A DNA stretch of 64,000 nucleotides from an uncultured Chloroflexia bacterium (GTDB lineage Bacteria > Chloroflexota > Limnocylindria > Limnocylindrales > CSP1-4): positions 644,408-708,407 of the forward strand of contig CAVQKO010000006.1 of assembly GCA_963713075.1 (NCBI GenBank). Reading direction: 5' to 3'. This document shows, piece after piece, positions 61,723 through 64,000 of this stretch (its first letter is position 1; each line of letters opens with the position of its first letter). The position numbers and the translations under genes are program-made. Below the pieces are notes generated by a model that did not search any database, was not told where the DNA came from, and was given only the letters and a program-made list of their open reading frames with translations.

Positions 61723-62520
61723 TCAGGCGGCGAGATCGCGACGACGGAAGGCCCACAGCGCGGCCAGCCAGCCCGCGAGTGCGACGAGCGCGAACAGCGC
61801 GAGGTCGCCGACCGGGACCACGCCCTGGTCGATGAGCTCGGTCGTCCGGAAGTGGTCCCAGGCCGACAGCGGGGCGACCCACGCCCAGTCCTTCGAGATC
61901 TGGGTGACGACGAAGACCGCGTACATCGCGAACACCACGCCGCCCACGATCCCCGATGCGCGGCCCCGGCTCAGCGTGGCCACCGAGAGCAGGGTGGTCG
62001 GGCCCGCGATGGCGCACGCGAACGCGAACGAGAGCAGGCCCGCGAGCGCGTATCCGCCCAGGTCGAACACGGTCCCGCCGACGGCGGCCGCGATCCACAG
62101 CCCCGCCACCGCCGCCGTCGCGAGCCCAGCCATGACGAGGGCCTGGACGATGATGTTCGTGGCCAGGTACCGGGTGCGCGAGAGCGGTGTTGACAGCGGC
62201 AGGTCGAGGAAGCCGCGATCGAGGTCGACCGCCACCGCCCGGGTGCCGAGCAGGAGTGCCGCAGCGGTGGCGATGATCGGCCACAGCCAGCTCGAGATGT
62301 AGGTGGTGTAGAAGACCCCCGGGTCGGAGAGGACGCCAGTCATCCCGAAGGCGGCGAGGAACTCCTTGGGCAGGGTGTTGACGTACTGGGTCATCAGATC
62401 GTCGTTGGCCTTGAGGACCGGGTACATCGCGCCCATGATCACGCCGTACACGGCGACCGAGACGGCCAGCCAGACGCCGAGCGACCGGCTTCGCCGCAGC
62501 TCGAGGCGGAACGCGTTCAT
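61723..62520 (-). CDS. ABC-2-type exporter permease
   Basis: A six-TM membrane protein. Its start overlaps the stop of the upstream ATPase gene, indicating translational coupling. Confidence 0.75.
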   Translation of the reverse strand: MNAFRLELRRSRSLGVWLAVSVAVYGVIMGAMYPVLKANDDLMTQYVNTLPKEFLAAFGMTGVLSDPGVFYTTYISSWLWPIIATAAALLLGTRAVAVDLDRGFLDLPLSTPLSRTRYLATNIIVQALVMAGLATAAVAGLWIAAAVGGTVFDLGGYALAGLLSFAFACAIAGPTTLLSVATLSRGRASGIVGGVVFAMYAVFVVTQISKDWAWVAPLSAWDHFRTTELIDQGVVPVGDLALFALVALAGWLAALWAFRRRDLAA

Positions 62521-63452
62521 GCCGTCACCCCCTCGTCGCGGGCATCGCGCGGCGCGTCCGGTGCGGGGTCGTCGCCGCGGTAGAGCCGCAGGAACAGGTC
62601 CTCGACGTCGGGCGTGGTGATGGCGATGTCGTCAACGCGGTGCGTCGCGATGCGCGCCAGGAGCGCGTTGACGTCGCCACGGACCATCAGGTGGACCTCG
62701 CGCCCGGTCATCGCCACGACCTCGACATTGGGCAGCTCGAACGCGTCGCGCGGCGCCGGCGATGCAAGCACGAGACTGATCGACCGCCAGTGCGCACCCA
62801 TGAGGTCGCCCACCGCGCTGACGTCGACGATCCGGCCGTCGCGGATGATCGCCACGCGGTCGCAGGCGCGCTCCACCTCGATGAGGTTGTGGCTGGAGAG
62901 GAACATCGTCCTTCCCTGGGCACGCGCCTCGGCGGCCAGGGCGAGGAACTCGCGCTGCATGAGCGGGTCGAGGCCGCTCGTCGGCTCGTCGAGCACCAGC
63001 AGCGGCTCGTGGCCCATGAACGCGGCGATGACGCCGATCTTCTGCCGGTTGCCCCGCGAGAGGCGCTTGATGCGCATCGTGGGGTCGAGCTCAAGGCGCT
63101 CCGCGAGGGGCGCCCAGGCGCGACGCCCGAGGCCGCGCAGGCGGCCCAGGTACTCGAGCTGCTCGGCCGCGGTCAGCTCCCCGAGGAACCCCGGGTCGGA
63201 GCCGAGGTAGCTGATCCCGGCGTGGATCGCCGGCGCGTCGGTGAATGCGTCCTTGCCGAACACGCGCACGGCGCCGCTCGTCGGCCGCAGGAAGCCCAGC
63301 GCGAGCCGGATGGTCGTCGTCTTGCCGGCCCCGTTGGGCCCGAGGAATCCGAAGGCCTCGCCCTCGACGACGCTGAACGTGACGTCCACGACGCCGCGCT
63401 GGCGCCCGTACCGCTTGGTGAGGCCGGCAGCCTCGATCACGGGTGTGGTCAT
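62517..63452 (-). CDS. ABC transporter ATP-binding protein (ABC-2 partner)
   Basis: Has Walker A (GPNGAGKTT), the LSRGNRQK signature and Walker B (LLVLDEPTSGLD). Confidence 0.85.
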   Translation of the reverse strand: MTTPVIEAAGLTKRYGRQRGVVDVTFSVVEGEAFGFLGPNGAGKTTTIRLALGFLRPTSGAVRVFGKDAFTDAPAIHAGISYLGSDPGFLGELTAAEQLEYLGRLRGLGRRAWAPLAERLELDPTMRIKRLSRGNRQKIGVIAAFMGHEPLLVLDEPTSGLDPLMQREFLALAAEARAQGRTMFLSSHNLIEVERACDRVAIIRDGRIVDVSAVGDLMGAHWRSISLVLASPAPRDAFELPNVEVVAMTGREVHLMVRGDVNALLARIATHRVDDIAITTPDVEDLFLRLYRGDDPAPDAPRDARDEGVTA

Positions 63453-63677
63453 GGGCGTGTCTCCCACGGCTCTCGTCGCGACGCCGCGCTGCGTCGCCCG
63501 CTGCGCCCGTCGTCCGGCGCGGGATGCACCGACGGGCACACGCACGCGCCAGTCGTGGATCACGCCGATCGTCCGACCCTCGGCGCGCGCGATGAAGGGA
63601 CCTCCGGCTCGATCGGAGCGTCGCGCGGTCCTATTCGGCCGCGTCGACGAGCGGCCGGGACGCGGCCGGGACGCGAA

Positions 63678-63707
63678 CCGCCCCGCCGGCGGGGCCGGCG
63701 GGGCGGG
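63678..63707. terminator. GC hairpin (12-bp stem CCGCCCCGCCGG/CCGGCGGGGCGG) downstream of the convergent ABC exporter gene
   Basis: A perfect inverted repeat lies about 25 nt after the stop (63732) of the minus-strand gene. Confidence 0.4.
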
Positions 63708-63731
63708 GGAGCGACGCGTGGAGCCGGGCCC

Positions 63732-64000
63732 TTACGCCACGGGCTCGAGCGCCTCCTCGAACTGGCTCGCGTAGAGCTCGTGGTAGAAGCCGCGCGCGGC
63801 GAGGAGCTCGTCGTGCGTGCCCTTCTCGACGATCCGCCCGTCGCGCATCACCAGGATCACGTCCGCGTCGCGGATCGTGGACAGGCGGTGGGCGATGACG
63901 AACGACGTCCGTCCCTGCATCAACCGGGCCATCGCCCGCTGGATGAGGACCTCGGTCCTGGTGTCCACAGACGAGGTGGCCTCGTCGAGGATCAGGACCG
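63732..64000 (-). CDS. ABC exporter (MsbA-like) ATP-binding C-terminal fragment, continuing beyond the window
   Basis: Has Walker B/D-loop/H-loop ([20 protein letters not shown]). The ORF is open to the window end. Confidence 0.7.
   Translation of the reverse strand, partial: VLILDEATSSVDTRTEVLIQRAMARLMQGRTSFVIAHRLSTIRDADVILVMRDGRIVEKGTHDELLAARGFYHELYASQFEEALEPVA

Overview
This window is a high-GC (about 72%) chromosomal segment that looks actinobacterial, with no rRNA, tRNA, CRISPR or IS elements detected.

The left part (1–17.1 kb) carries mostly housekeeping or niche genes:
- three secreted or membrane-anchored multidomain proteins, one with a discoidin (F5/8 type C) domain;
- a Zn-dependent alcohol dehydrogenase;
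- phosphoenolpyruvate carboxylase (ppc);
- a GAF-domain histidine kinase with an OmpR-type regulator;
- a 690-bp GC-microsatellite-like noncoding stretch and a small 4-Cys protein;
- an NhaP-type Na+/H+ antiporter, an SDR, a DapA-family lyase and a secreted M14 carboxypeptidase.

The centre (17.2–39.8 kb) is a carbohydrate and inositol catabolic island. It holds iolB, a transaldolase-family gene, iolA/mmsA, iolG, iolD, three xylose-isomerase-like TIM-barrel paralogs, three Gfo/Idh/MocA oxidoreductases, a Zn-dehydrogenase, a three-gene sugar ABC importer and two LacI-type regulators. At least five of its promoters carry the same palindromic operator, GTAATCGATTAC. Two tandem-repeat arrays fill a roughly 900-bp intergenic gap.

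Embedded in this island is the most unusual element. It is an operon controlled by the second LacI regulator that encodes a Gfo/Idh/MocA oxidoreductase, a cobalamin-binding corrinoid protein (DxHxxG), a roughly 445-aa putative corrinoid methyltransferase and a sugar-phosphate isomerase/epimerase. An AEC permease and a tetrahydrofolate one-carbon module (fhs, folD, DHFR-like) follow it. I interpret this as a candidate cobalamin-dependent demethylase feeding methyl groups into the folate pool; this is inference, and the substrate (possibly O-methyl-inositols or methylated sugars) is a guess from context.

The right part (44–64 kb) contains:
- a membrane-anchored gluzincin peptidase, a PLP-dependent Cys/Met-family enzyme, an NAD-epimerase and a SIMPL-domain protein;
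- a tightly coupled NERD-nuclease–SF1-helicase gene and a 1244-aa UvrD-like helicase–Fe-S RecB-nuclease gene, whose 3' end overlaps a convergent vsr;
- a zinc-ribbon mini-protein, an aldo/keto reductase and a UvrD2-like helicase with an HRDC domain;
- a secreted tandem Ig-like repeat protein and ABC exporters.

Many long six-frame ORFs on the opposite strands of real genes are high-GC artefacts and were not called.
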